Source of the DNA: Burkholderiales bacterium
GTDB lineage: Bacteria > Pseudomonadota > Gammaproteobacteria > Burkholderiales > Burkholderiaceae
DNA: 57,950 nt
Assembly: GCA_026225455.1 (NCBI GenBank)
Contig: JAMFSV010000090.1
Span: 1 to 57,950 of the forward strand
Direction: 5' to 3'
Below are positions 1 to 9,572 of this stretch, in pieces. A program made the translations under genes and the position numbers. The number at the start of each line of letters is the position of its first letter. Position 1 is the first letter of the stretch. The notes beneath the pieces are model-generated. The model saw only the letters and a program-made list of their open reading frames with translations. It was not told where the DNA came from and made no database searches.

Positions 1-1235
1 CGGCCGCGGCCGGCAAGCCCGCTGCGGTGAGCGAAAATAGTTCGATACGGGTCGGTGTGGAAAAGGTTGATCAATTGATCAACCTGGTGGGCGAGCTGGT
101 GATTACGCAAGCCATGCTGGCGCAGACCGCGTCGGGTTTCGACCCGGTGCTGCACGATCGTTTGTTCAACGGCATGGCCCAGCTTGAGCGCAATGCCCGC
201 GATTTGCAGGAAGCGGTGATGTCGATCCGCATGATGCCGATGGATTATGTGTTCAGCCGCTTCCCGCGACTGGTGCGCGATCTGGCCAGCAAGCTGAATA
301 AAGATGTGGAACTGGTGACTTTCGGTCAGGCGACCGAACTGGACAAGAGCCTGATCGAACGCATTATCGATCCGCTGACGCACTTGGTGCGCAACAGTCT
401 CGACCACGGTATCGAAACCCCCGAAGTACGCATGGCCTCGGGCAAATCGGGTACCGGGCAACTGATTTTGTCGGCCGAACATCAAGGCGGCAACATCGTT
501 ATCGAAGTCAGCGACGACGGCGCAGGTCTGCGGCGCGACAAGATTTTGGCGAAAGCGGCCAAGCAAGGTTTGCCGTCCAGCGATTCGATGAGCGATGAAG
601 AAGTGTGGCAGATGATTTTTATGCCGGGCTTCTCGACCGCCGAAAAAGTGACCGACGTGTCCGGCCGCGGGGTCGGGATGGACGTGGTCAAACGTAACAT
701 CCAGGCGATGGGCGGTCATGTCGAAATCCAGTCCAAAGCGGGTAACGGCACCACCACGCGGATTGTGCTGCCGCTGACGCTGGCGATATTGGATGGGATG
801 TCGGTCAAGGTCGGGGGCGAGATCTTTATTCTGCCGCTCAACTTCGTGATGGAGTCGCTGCAGCCGTCGAACGAAGATATCTATCAGGTGGCCGGCGACG
901 AGCGGGTGATCCGGGTGCGCGGCGAATACCTGCCGTTGGTCGAGATGCATGCGATCTTCAAGATCGCGGATGCCCGCACGGAAGCGACACAAGGCATCGT
1001 GACCATCATGCAGGCGGAAGGGCGGCGTTTTGCCTTGCTGGTCGATGAGCTGGTCGGACAGCAGCAAGTGGTGGTGAAAAATCTTGAGACCAACTACCGC
1101 AAAGTCCACGGCATTTCGGCGGCGACCATTCTCGGCGACGGCAGTGTCGCCTTGATTGTCGACGTGCCGGCGCTGAATCGAGGCCATCAAGTGGCGCGTC
1201 AAGTGGCATCGACCAAAACCCTGGCTGCGGCTTGA
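1..1235 (+). CDS. cheA: Chemotaxis histidine kinase CheA (C-terminal part; 5' end outside window)
   Basis: SIRVGVEKVDQLINLVGELVI dimerisation domain, HLVRNSLDHGIE N-box, DDGAG and SGRGVGMDVV G-boxes, C-terminal CheW-like domain; the frame is open to the window edge. Confidence 0.97.
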   Translation, partial: AAAGKPAAVSENSSIRVGVEKVDQLINLVGELVITQAMLAQTASGFDPVLHDRLFNGMAQLERNARDLQEAVMSIRMMPMDYVFSRFPRLVRDLASKLNKDVELVTFGQATELDKSLIERIIDPLTHLVRNSLDHGIETPEVRMASGKSGTGQLILSAEHQGGNIVIEVSDDGAGLRRDKILAKAAKQGLPSSDSMSDEEVWQMIFMPGFSTAEKVTDVSGRGVGMDVVKRNIQAMGGHVEIQSKAGNGTTTRIVLPLTLAILDGMSVKVGGEIFILPLNFVMESLQPSNEDIYQVAGDERVIRVRGEYLPLVEMHAIFKIADARTEATQGIVTIMQAEGRRFALLVDELVGQQQVVVKNLETNYRKVHGISAATILGDGSVALIVDVPALNRGHQVARQVASTKTLAAA

Positions 1236-1292
1236 GCGGCGCGTAGCGCACACCACACCGAACATTAACGAACAGGTAACCCGGAGAACAAC

Positions 1293-1793
1293 ATGTCAGA
1301 CATCAAAGCGGCTGTCGGGCGCGGAAGCCAGGCTGAAGCCGCCGGCCGAGAGTTTCTTATTTTCACCCTCGGCGAAGAAGAATACGGCATTGATATTCTC
1401 AAGGTCCAGGAAATCCGCGGTTACGACACCGTCACGCGGATCGCCAATGCACCGCATTTCATCAAAGGCGTGATCAATCTGCGCGGCATCATTGTGCCCA
1501 TCGTCGATATGCGCATCAAGTTTGCCCTGGGCCGCGTCGAGTATGACCACCAAACCGTGGTGATTATTTTGAACGTTGCCAGCCGCGTGGTCGGCATGGT
1601 AGTCGATGGCGTCTCCGATGTCTTGACCATGAGCGAAGACCAGATCCGTCCGGCGCCCGAATTCGGCACCTCGATGACGACCGAGTACCTGACGGGCCTG
1701 GGCACCATCGACGGCCGCATGTTGATCCTGATGGATATCGAAAAATTGATGACCAGCGAGGAAATGGCCCTGATCGAAACCGTGGCTTCATAG
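1293..1793 (+). CDS. cheW: Chemotaxis coupling protein CheW
   Basis: [26 protein letters not shown]...[14 protein letters not shown]; GGAG RBS upstream. Confidence 0.97.
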   Translation: MSDIKAAVGRGSQAEAAGREFLIFTLGEEEYGIDILKVQEIRGYDTVTRIANAPHFIKGVINLRGIIVPIVDMRIKFALGRVEYDHQTVVIILNVASRVVGMVVDGVSDVLTMSEDQIRPAPEFGTSMTTEYLTGLGTIDGRMLILMDIEKLMTSEEMALIETVAS

Positions 1794-1805
1794 GTTGTGA
1801 TGAGT

Positions 1806-1846
1806 GATGCATCGGCCGGCGATTGACGGCGATGCATCTTCTTGTT
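1806..1846 (+). terminator. Putative intrinsic terminator after cheW
   Basis: GATGCATCG..CCG / CGG.CGATGCATC stem followed by TTCTTGTT. Confidence 0.45.
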
Positions 1847-1979
1847 CCTGGAGCTCGGTCGCAAACAGCATTGCCCGGTAAGGTGCATACCGGTGCAACA
1901 TTTGGCTGGCATGCTGGTGGCAGCAGTGTGACGAAATGGAACAAGATTGCGGCAATCAAGATGCTGCGAGAGGATATGT

Positions 1980-2924
1980 ATGGAAGCACGCGCAGAGCGT
2001 CGTAATGAAAAATCCGCTCCGGTCGGCAACGGAATGGACCATGAGCGCGACTTCGATTTTACGAATGCGGACTTTGGCCGGATTCGTACATTGATTTATC
2101 AGCGCGCCGGCATCGCTTTGTCCGATCACAAGCGTGACATGGCTTATAGCCGTCTCGCACGGCGTTTGCGAGCGCGTGGGAAATCCAGCTTCAGCAGCTA
2201 TCTTGACGACCTTGAGCGCGAAGACGATCCGCTTGAATGGGAAGCGTTTACCAATGCGCTGACCACCAACCTGACCTCGTTTTTTAGAGAGTCGCACCAT
2301 TTTCCGCTGCTCGCGGCGCATATTGCCAAAGCGCGCGGACAGGTAACCGTCTGGTGTTCCGCGGCATCCACCGGCGAGGAGCCGTATTCGATCGCGATCA
2401 CGCTGATCGAGGCGTTGGGCGCCAAGGCGTCGCAGGCGACAATCCTGGCCACCGACCTCGACACGCAAGTGCTGGCGAAAGGCGCGGCCGGTGTGTATAC
2501 GATGGAGCAGGTTAAAAATATGTCGCCCGAGCGGTTGCGGCGTTTTTTCTTCAAAGGAACCGGTGAGCAAGCGGGATTTGTCAAAGTGCGGCCCGAACTA
2601 CGCTCGATGATCACCTTCGCTCAGGTCAATCTGACGGATGGATCCTGGCCGCAGGTGCAAAAGACCGGGGCACCGTTTGACGTTATATTTTGCCGCAATG
2701 TCATGATTTATTTCGACAAACCGACCCAGGGCAGTATTCTGGAGAAGTTTGCGCCGTTGCTGAAACCGGACGGTTTGTTGTTTGCCGGGCATTCCGAGAA
2801 CTTTACCTATGTCACCCGATCATTCAAGCTTCGGGGGCAGACCGTTTATGAGTTGACGCATGACCGCGCGCCTCGCGCGACCGCAATGTCCGGCGGCGAC
2901 CCCGGGCAAGGAGGCAGACCATGA
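1980..2924 (+). CDS. cheR: Chemotaxis methyltransferase CheR
   Basis: [44 protein letters not shown]; start placed at the ATG after GAGAGG (2034 is an alternative). Confidence 0.96.
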   Translation: MEARAERRNEKSAPVGNGMDHERDFDFTNADFGRIRTLIYQRAGIALSDHKRDMAYSRLARRLRARGKSSFSSYLDDLEREDDPLEWEAFTNALTTNLTSFFRESHHFPLLAAHIAKARGQVTVWCSAASTGEEPYSIAITLIEALGAKASQATILATDLDTQVLAKGAAGVYTMEQVKNMSPERLRRFFFKGTGEQAGFVKVRPELRSMITFAQVNLTDGSWPQVQKTGAPFDVIFCRNVMIYFDKPTQGSILEKFAPLLKPDGLLFAGHSENFTYVTRSFKLRGQTVYELTHDRAPRATAMSGGDPGQGGRP

Positions 2925-3691
2925 GTGGGCTTCCGGTTGCCAGCAATTTTTATATGGATACCACCTTTCATCGTAAAGGGGTCAAGCTGCTGCCGAACGA
3001 GTTCTTCGTCACCACCGAAGACATTGTCTTGTCGACGGTATTGGGCTCGTGTGTCGCAGCCTGTATTCATGACCGTACCGCCGGGATCGGCGGGATGAAT
3101 CATTTTATGTTGCCGGACGACAGCGATGCCAGTCGCGCGGCTTCCGACGCGATACGCTATGGTGGGTATGCGATGGAAGTGCTGCTGAATGAATTGCTCA
3201 AGGGCGGCGCCAAACGCGAACGCCTCGAGGCCAAGGTGTTCGGCGGCGCCGCGGTGCTGGCCGGCATGACCACGCTGAATATCGGCGACCGTAATTCGGA
3301 ATTTGTACGGCGTTATCTGGCCTTGGAAAAAATACGGGTGACGGCGGAGGATCTGCAAGGCACCTATCCGCGGAAAGTGGCATTTTTGCCCGGCACCGGA
3401 CAGGTGATGGTGAAAAAGCTAAGATTGCAGCAAGAAGTCGCAAGCGCTACCGACGGCCCGTCGATCGCGCAGCGTGAACAGACTCTGGCGCGCGAATTGC
3501 GCGAACAGCGCGCCCAGCGTGCACACGGCGAAATCGAGATCTTCGGCCGCAAGGGTGCATCGCCTTATAGAGACAAACCGGACTTGGCGACACGTCCGAA
3601 AGTCGAACTTTTCAGCCGGCCCAAAGCTGCGGCACCTGTCGTAGGTGTGAACGGGGTCCGGCGCAATAACCAGACAGTGGAGGAGGCTTGA
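2921..3691 (+). CDS. cheD: Chemoreceptor glutamine deamidase CheD
   Basis: [28 protein letters not shown]; lies between cheR and cheB. Confidence 0.96.
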   Translation: MSGLPVASNFYMDTTFHRKGVKLLPNEFFVTTEDIVLSTVLGSCVAACIHDRTAGIGGMNHFMLPDDSDASRAASDAIRYGGYAMEVLLNELLKGGAKRERLEAKVFGGAAVLAGMTTLNIGDRNSEFVRRYLALEKIRVTAEDLQGTYPRKVAFLPGTGQVMVKKLRLQQEVASATDGPSIAQREQTLARELREQRAQRAHGEIEIFGRKGASPYRDKPDLATRPKVELFSRPKAAAPVVGVNGVRRNNQTVEEA

Positions 3692-4782
3692 GTTCTCAAC
3701 CGAAAATCAGAGTGTTGTGTGTGGACGATTCTGCGCTGGTGCGCAGCTTGATGAGTGAAATCATCAACAGTCATCCGGACATGATGGTATGTGCCACCGC
3801 TCCCGATCCTTTGGTGGCGCGCGATCTGATCAAACAACACAATCCGGACGTATTGACGCTCGACGTCGAAATGCCCCGGATGGATGGGCTCGACTTTCTC
3901 GAGAAGTTGATGCGTTTGCGGCCGATGCCGGTGGTGATGGTGTCGTCCCTGACTGAACGCGGCTCGGAAATTACGTTGCGTGCGCTTGAATTGGGCGCAG
4001 TCGATTTTGTCACCAAGCCGCGGGTGGGTATTCGCGACGGCATGCTCGATTACTCGGAAATGATTGCCGACAAGATCCGCGCCGCCGCCCGCGCCCGCGT
4101 GCGCCATCATGTGCAGGCAACCCCGGCGCAGGCGGCACGGTCCGGCGCTGTCGGCGAAACGCCGTTGTTGCGTAATCCGCTGATCAGTACTGAAAAATTG
4201 ATTATCATCGGGGCCTCGACCGGTGGCACTGAAGCGATACGGGAAGTGCTGGTACCGTTGCCGCCCGATTCGCCCGCGGTGCTGATTGCGCAACATATGC
4301 CGGCGGGTTTTACCCGTTCGTTTGCCCAGCGTCTGAATACCCTGTGCCGGATTACCGTCAAGGAAGCTGAGCACGGCGAGCGGGTGTTGCCCGGACATGC
4401 GTATATTGCACCGGGCGATGCGCATCTGAAGCTGGTGCGTAGCGGGGCGAATTATGTCGCGGAACTCGATTATGGCGCGCCCGTGAATCGCCACCGTCCT
4501 TCGGTCGATGTGCTGTTTCGTTCGGCGGCGCTGCATGCGGGTAAAAACGCGTTGGGCGTGATTCTGACGGGGATGGGCAAAGACGGCGCGGCCGGCTTGC
4601 TCGAAATGCGCCAGGCCGGTGCATACACGATTGCCCAGGACGAGGCGAGTTGTATTGTGTTCGGCATGCCGCGTGAGGCGATTGCGCTGGGCGGTGCCGA
4701 TGAAGTGACGCCACTTGGCGATATCAGTGGGCGTTTGATGACCTGTCTGGGCGCTATGGGCGGCCGCGGGCATCGCGTTTAA
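3688..4782 (+). CDS. cheB: Chemotaxis methylesterase CheB
   Basis: REC domain (VDDS, TLDVEMP) plus [28 protein letters not shown]. Confidence 0.97.
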   Translation: MSSQPKIRVLCVDDSALVRSLMSEIINSHPDMMVCATAPDPLVARDLIKQHNPDVLTLDVEMPRMDGLDFLEKLMRLRPMPVVMVSSLTERGSEITLRALELGAVDFVTKPRVGIRDGMLDYSEMIADKIRAAARARVRHHVQATPAQAARSGAVGETPLLRNPLISTEKLIIIGASTGGTEAIREVLVPLPPDSPAVLIAQHMPAGFTRSFAQRLNTLCRITVKEAEHGERVLPGHAYIAPGDAHLKLVRSGANYVAELDYGAPVNRHRPSVDVLFRSAALHAGKNALGVILTGMGKDGAAGLLEMRQAGAYTIAQDEASCIVFGMPREAIALGGADEVTPLGDISGRLMTCLGAMGGRGHRV

Positions 4783-4884
4783 AGATGAATACGAAGCGGC
4801 GTTTGTGGTGCTGGTGCCAGTATCAGTGTGTTGCAGCCTGCACCGAAACGACCGTGCGATTACTGGATTTGGGGAGCTGAAACG

Positions 4885-5280
4885 ATGGATAAAGGCATGA
4901 AGATTCTGGTGGTGGACGATTTTCCGACCATGCGTCGGATCGTTCGCAACCTGCTCAAAGAGCTGGGTTACGCCAACGTCGATGAAGCAGAAGACGGGCT
5001 GGCCGGGTTGGCCAAGTTGCGTTCCGGCAATTTCGATTTTGTCGTTTCGGATTGGAATATGCCGAATCTCGACGGGCTTTCGATGCTGAAGGAAATCCGT
5101 GCCGATGCGGCGCTTTCGCATCTGCCCGTGTTGATGGTCACGGCGGAAGCGAAGAAAGAAAACATTATTGCGGCGGCTCAAGCCGGGGCGAACGGTTATG
5201 TGGTCAAGCCGTTCACGGCTGCGACACTGGACGAAAAGCTTTCCAAGATTATCGACAAAATGACCAAAGTGGGGACCTGA
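4885..5280 (+). CDS. cheY: Chemotaxis response regulator CheY
   Basis: [39 protein letters not shown]; start at the ATG after GGAG. Confidence 0.97.
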   Translation: MDKGMKILVVDDFPTMRRIVRNLLKELGYANVDEAEDGLAGLAKLRSGNFDFVVSDWNMPNLDGLSMLKEIRADAALSHLPVLMVTAEAKKENIIAAAQAGANGYVVKPFTAATLDEKLSKIIDKMTKVGT

Positions 5281-5281
5281 C

Positions 5282-6016
5282 ATGAGCAGCGAACCTACCC
5301 TGAATGACGCGGCCGCTGAAGCCGCCGCCGCCGAGAACGAAGCTCAAGCCGCAGTCGCGCATCTGGCCGGCGGCGATGAAGCCGCGGAACGGATTATCAA
5401 CCGCATCGGCCAGTTGACCCGTACCTTGCGCGAAAGCATGCGCGAGCTGGGGCTGGACAAGCAAGTCGAAAAAGCCGCGGTGGCGATCCCCGATGCCCGC
5501 GACCGGCTGAAGTACGTGGCGTCGATGACCGAGCAAGCAGCCGAACGCGCGCTCAACTCGATCGAAATTGCCAAACCCTTGCAAGAACAGTTGCAAAAAG
5601 ACGCCCAGGCGCTCGATAAGCGCTGGCAGCAATGGTTCGATGAACCGGTCGGGATCGAGCAGGCCAGGGATATCGTTAAAGATACGCGCACCTATCTGAA
5701 AGAATTACCCAGTGTAACGCAGGCCACCAATACACAATTGATGGAGATCATGCTGGCTCAGGATTTTCAGGATTTGACCGGGCAGGTGATCAAGAAAATC
5801 ATGGAAGTGGTGTACAACATCGAGCAGCAATTGCTGGCGGTGCTGCTGGAAAACATTTCGGCGGAGCGCCGTGCCGAGATCCAGGCGGTTGTCATCGGCA
5901 CCCCGCACTCCGGCGAAACCTTGCTTAACGGTCCGCAAGTCAATCCGGAACTGCATAGCGATGTGGTGAGCGACCAGGAACAGGTCGACGACTTGTTGAC
6001 CAGCCTCGGTTTCTGA
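5282..6016 (+). CDS. cheZ: CheY-P phosphatase CheZ
   Basis: IPDARDRL, AQDFQDLTGQVIK, C-terminal QEQVDDLLTSLGF. Confidence 0.97.
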   Translation: MSSEPTLNDAAAEAAAAENEAQAAVAHLAGGDEAAERIINRIGQLTRTLRESMRELGLDKQVEKAAVAIPDARDRLKYVASMTEQAAERALNSIEIAKPLQEQLQKDAQALDKRWQQWFDEPVGIEQARDIVKDTRTYLKELPSVTQATNTQLMEIMLAQDFQDLTGQVIKKIMEVVYNIEQQLLAVLLENISAERRAEIQAVVIGTPHSGETLLNGPQVNPELHSDVVSDQEQVDDLLTSLGF

Positions 6017-6030
6017 TAAAAATGATGCAT

Positions 6031-6058
6031 AACCCGTGCGGACCAATCCGCGCGGGTT
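6031..6058 (+). terminator. Hairpin after cheZ (possible terminator)
   Basis: AACCCGTGCGGA-ccaa-TCCGCGCGGGTT 12-bp stem with one G-U pair; no immediate U-tract. Confidence 0.4.
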
Positions 6059-6309
6059 GGTCGCAGGTTGGTTTTACGCACAATCCCACTTTTTTTCTGC
6101 CCCTGCCGGCTTCGGCAAGCTACCGCCGGTGCCCCGCGCGCCTTGAATCCAGGCGGTTCTGACGCCGCCGCCATCCCATCACTCGAAATACGCCTGTTTC
6201 CGCATGTTTATTGGCCGATCACGCATGGACGGCACACGGAATAATGAGTTCAGTGGGGTAACTCCGCGCGCAGCACCTTGCGCGCCACGCGCCACGGCGC
6301 GGAGAATTC

Positions 6310-7452
6310 ATGGCAGAAGAAAGCGATCTCGAAAAGACAGAAGCGGCGACTCCGAAGCGCCTGGAACAGGCGCGTGAGGACGGCCAGGTTGCGCGCTCGC
6401 GCGAGCTGACCACGTTTTTGCTGCTGTTGGTGGGGTTCGGCGGCAGCTACGCCATGGCCGGTGAGCTGGGTCAAGCTTTCTCCACCCTGTTTCGTACCGC
6501 CTTCACTTTCGACCGGGCGCTCAGTTTTGACTCCGCGCTGGTGATTCCCAACGCCGGCATGCTGGCGGCACGCGGCGGTATGGCGATTGCGCCCTTGCTG
6601 GCCATGCTGGTGGCTGTGTCGATCTTGTCGCCGATGGCTTTGGGCGGCTGGTTGCTGAGCGCCAAGGGTTTAACCCCCGACTTCACCCGTCTTAGCCCGA
6701 TTAAGGGCCTGGGCAAAATGTTTTCGGCGCAAAGCCTGACCCAGCTCGGGATGGCGTTGGCCAAAGCGACGGTGGTGGGCGGGGTGGGATTTCTGGTGAT
6801 GCGTCATTACAGCCCGGACGCCGCCAACCTGATTCTTCAGACCCCCAGCGTTGCCATGCCGCATGCGCTGCATCTGGTCGGCGTGTGCTGTCTGTGGATC
6901 GTTTTTTCCATGTTGATCCTGGTGGCGGTCGATGTGCCCTATCAGATCTGGCAGCACGGCAAAAAATTGCGCATGACCAAGGAAGAGGTCAAGCGCGAGT
7001 TCAAGGAAAACGAAGGCGACCCGCGTGTCAAAGGCAAAATTCGGGCGCAACAGCGTGAAATGGCGCGCCGCAGGATGATGGCGCAAGTGCCTAAAGCCGA
7101 TGTGATCGTCACCAACCCGACGCACTACGCGGTTGCCCTGCAATACCTGGACGGTCAGATGCGTGCGCCGCGCCTGATCGCCAAAGGCTCGGACATGGTT
7201 GCCGCGCGGATTCGCGAAATCGGCGCCGAGCACAATATTCCCTTGATCGAGGCGCCCCCGCTGGCGCGCGCTTTGTATCACCATACCGAACTCAACCATG
7301 AGATTCCGTCGGCGCTGTATGGCGCCGTTGCCGAAATTCTGGCGTGGGTTTATCAATTGCATCGCTGGCACAGCGAGGGTGGCGCGGCACCGACCCAGCC
7401 CACCGAGTTTAGTGTGCCGGACGAGTTGGATAGCGAAGGAAGTCGCGCATGA
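6310..7452 (+). CDS. flhB: Flagellar export substrate-specificity switch FlhB
   Basis: EKTEAATPKRL, TM segments, EGDPRVK, NPTH autocleavage motif. Confidence 0.97.
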   Translation: MAEESDLEKTEAATPKRLEQAREDGQVARSRELTTFLLLLVGFGGSYAMAGELGQAFSTLFRTAFTFDRALSFDSALVIPNAGMLAARGGMAIAPLLAMLVAVSILSPMALGGWLLSAKGLTPDFTRLSPIKGLGKMFSAQSLTQLGMALAKATVVGGVGFLVMRHYSPDAANLILQTPSVAMPHALHLVGVCCLWIVFSMLILVAVDVPYQIWQHGKKLRMTKEEVKREFKENEGDPRVKGKIRAQQREMARRRMMAQVPKADVIVTNPTHYAVALQYLDGQMRAPRLIAKGSDMVAARIREIGAEHNIPLIEAPPLARALYHHTELNHEIPSALYGAVAEILAWVYQLHRWHSEGGAAPTQPTEFSVPDELDSEGSRA

Positions 7453-9572
7453 GTACGCCCTCACCGGCCGCCGCCGGCCGTTTCAAACTGCCGCAGGCCC
7501 TGCAAGGGCTGCAGCTGAAGGGCATGGCCGGCCCGATCCTGATCATCATGATTTTGGGCATGATGATCTTGCCGTTGCCGGCGTTTATTCTGGATCTGCT
7601 GTTCACCTTCAACATCGCGCTGTCGATCATGGTGCTGCTGGTCAGCATGTATACGCGCGAACCACTGGAGTTTTCCGCCTTCCCCAGCGTGCTGCTGTTT
7701 TCGACCTTGCTGCGCTTGTCGCTCAACGTCGCTTCGACGCGGATCGTGTTGCTGGAAGGGCATACCGGGCCGGATGCCGCCGGCAAGGTGATCGAAGCGT
7801 TCGGGCATTTCCTGGTGGGCGGCAACTACGCGGTCGGTATCGTCGTATTTATTATCCTGATCGTGATCAACTTTATGGTGATCACCAAGGGCGCCGGGCG
7901 TATCGCCGAAGTATCCGCCCGCTTTACCCTGGATGCGATGCCGGGTAAGCAGATGGCGATCGACGCCGATCTTAACGCGGGTTTGGTCACCGAAGACCAG
8001 GCCCGCAGCCGCCGTGCGCAGGTGGCCCAGGAAGCCGATTTCTACGGTTCCATGGACGGTGCCAGCAAGTTCGTCCGGGGCGATGCGGTCGCCGGTTTGA
8101 TGATCATGGTGATCAACGTGGTGGGCGGTTTGATCGTCGGCGTGGTGCAGCACGATATGGATGTCGGCGCGGCGGCCAAGGCCTATACGCTGTTGACCAT
8201 CGGCGACGGTCTGGTGGCGCAGATTCCGGCTTTGGTCATCTCCACCGCGGCCGGCGTGATCGTCAGCCGGGTAGCGACCAACGAAGACGTCGGCACCCAA
8301 CTGACCTCGCAGTTGTTTTCCAATCCGCGGGTGCTGACCATCACCGGGGTGATTCTGGCGGTGATGGGCTTGATTCCCAGCATGCCGCATGTTGCTTTCC
8401 TGTCCTTGGGCGGCGGCATGATCGCGATGGCGCGCCGCATGACGCAACGCACCGAAGCCAAACGCCTGGCCGATATCGCGGGGGTCGCCAAACCGGTCAC
8501 CACGGTAGCTTCCGAAGCGCCCGAAGCGAGCTGGGACGACGTCACGCTGATCGATGCGCTGGGTTTGGAAGTCGGCTATCGCTTGATCTCCTTGGTCGAC
8601 CGCGCCCAGGATGGCGAGTTGCTCAAACGGATCAAAGGCATCCGTAAAAAATTCGCCCAGGAAGTGGGATTCCTGGTGCCGGTGGTTCATATCCGCGACA
8701 ACCTCGAATTGCGACCCAACGCTTATCGGATTGCCTTGAAAGGCGTCGAGATCGGTGTCGGTGAAGCCTTCCCGGGGCAATGGCTGGCGATCAACCCGGG
8801 CCAGGTCAGCGCCACCGTGCCGGGCACGCCGACCAAAGACCCGGCCTTTGGCCTGCCCGCGGTCTGGATCGAACCCGCTTTGCGCGAGCAGGCACAAGTC
8901 TTCGGTTACACGGTGGTGGATGCCAGCACGGTGATTGCAACCCATTTGAATCATCTGGTGGTCACCCATTCCTCCGAATTGCTGGGGCGCCAGGAGGTCC
9001 AGCAGCTGCTCGACCGCATCGGCAAAGATTCGCCCAAGCTGACAGAAGATCTGGTGCCCAAGGCATTGCCGCTGACCGCGGTGCAAAAGGTGTTGCAGAA
9101 TCTGCTCGACGAAGGGGTGCCGATTCGCGATATGCGCACCATCCTGGACGCGCTGGCTGAAAATGCCCCCCGGGTGACCGACCCTTATGAATTGACCGCC
9201 TTGACGCGCTTGGCGTTGGGCCGGGCGATCACGCAACAATGGTTCCCCGGGATGGGTGAAATGCATGTGATGGGTTTGGAGGCCGGGCTGGAACGGGTAC
9301 TGGCGCAAGCCTTGTCCGCGACCCCGGCCGGGATGCAGGAGCCGGGCCTGGAGCCGGGTCTGGCCAACACGCTTTTGAAAGAAACCCAGAGTGCCTTGCA
9401 ACGGCAGCAGAATCTTGGGTTTCCTCCGGTTTTGCTGGTTCAGCACTCATTGCGTGCGTTGTTAGCACGTTTCTTGCGGCGTAGTTTGCCGCAACTTAAA
9501 GTTTTGTCATATGCCGAGGTGCCCGACACCCGGACCCTTAAAGTGACTGCCATGATCGGAGGTCAAGCTTGA
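7449..9572 (+). CDS. flhA: Flagellar export gate protein FlhA
   Basis: RIAEVSARFTLDAMPGKQMAIDADL FHIPEP motif, GYRLI motif. Confidence 0.98.
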   Translation: MSTPSPAAAGRFKLPQALQGLQLKGMAGPILIIMILGMMILPLPAFILDLLFTFNIALSIMVLLVSMYTREPLEFSAFPSVLLFSTLLRLSLNVASTRIVLLEGHTGPDAAGKVIEAFGHFLVGGNYAVGIVVFIILIVINFMVITKGAGRIAEVSARFTLDAMPGKQMAIDADLNAGLVTEDQARSRRAQVAQEADFYGSMDGASKFVRGDAVAGLMIMVINVVGGLIVGVVQHDMDVGAAAKAYTLLTIGDGLVAQIPALVISTAAGVIVSRVATNEDVGTQLTSQLFSNPRVLTITGVILAVMGLIPSMPHVAFLSLGGGMIAMARRMTQRTEAKRLADIAGVAKPVTTVASEAPEASWDDVTLIDALGLEVGYRLISLVDRAQDGELLKRIKGIRKKFAQEVGFLVPVVHIRDNLELRPNAYRIALKGVEIGVGEAFPGQWLAINPGQVSATVPGTPTKDPAFGLPAVWIEPALREQAQVFGYTVVDASTVIATHLNHLVVTHSSELLGRQEVQQLLDRIGKDSPKLTEDLVPKALPLTAVQKVLQNLLDEGVPIRDMRTILDALAENAPRVTDPYELTALTRLALGRAITQQWFPGMGEMHVMGLEAGLERVLAQALSATPAGMQEPGLEPGLANTLLKETQSALQRQQNLGFPPVLLVQHSLRALLARFLRRSLPQLKVLSYAEVPDTRTLKVTAMIGGQA

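Noticed and set aside
1823-2005. 60-aa ORF between cheW and cheR
   Set aside because: TTG start inside a hairpin, no RBS or motif, and it overlaps cheR; not supported
3565-5283. 572-aa minus-strand ORF
   Set aside because: Antisense shadow of cheB/cheY caused by high-GC codon bias; no recognisable motifs
7461-9446. 661-aa minus-strand ORF
   Set aside because: Antisense shadow of flhA; the same applies to the long antisense ORFs over fliF, fliD, fliC, flgK and flgL
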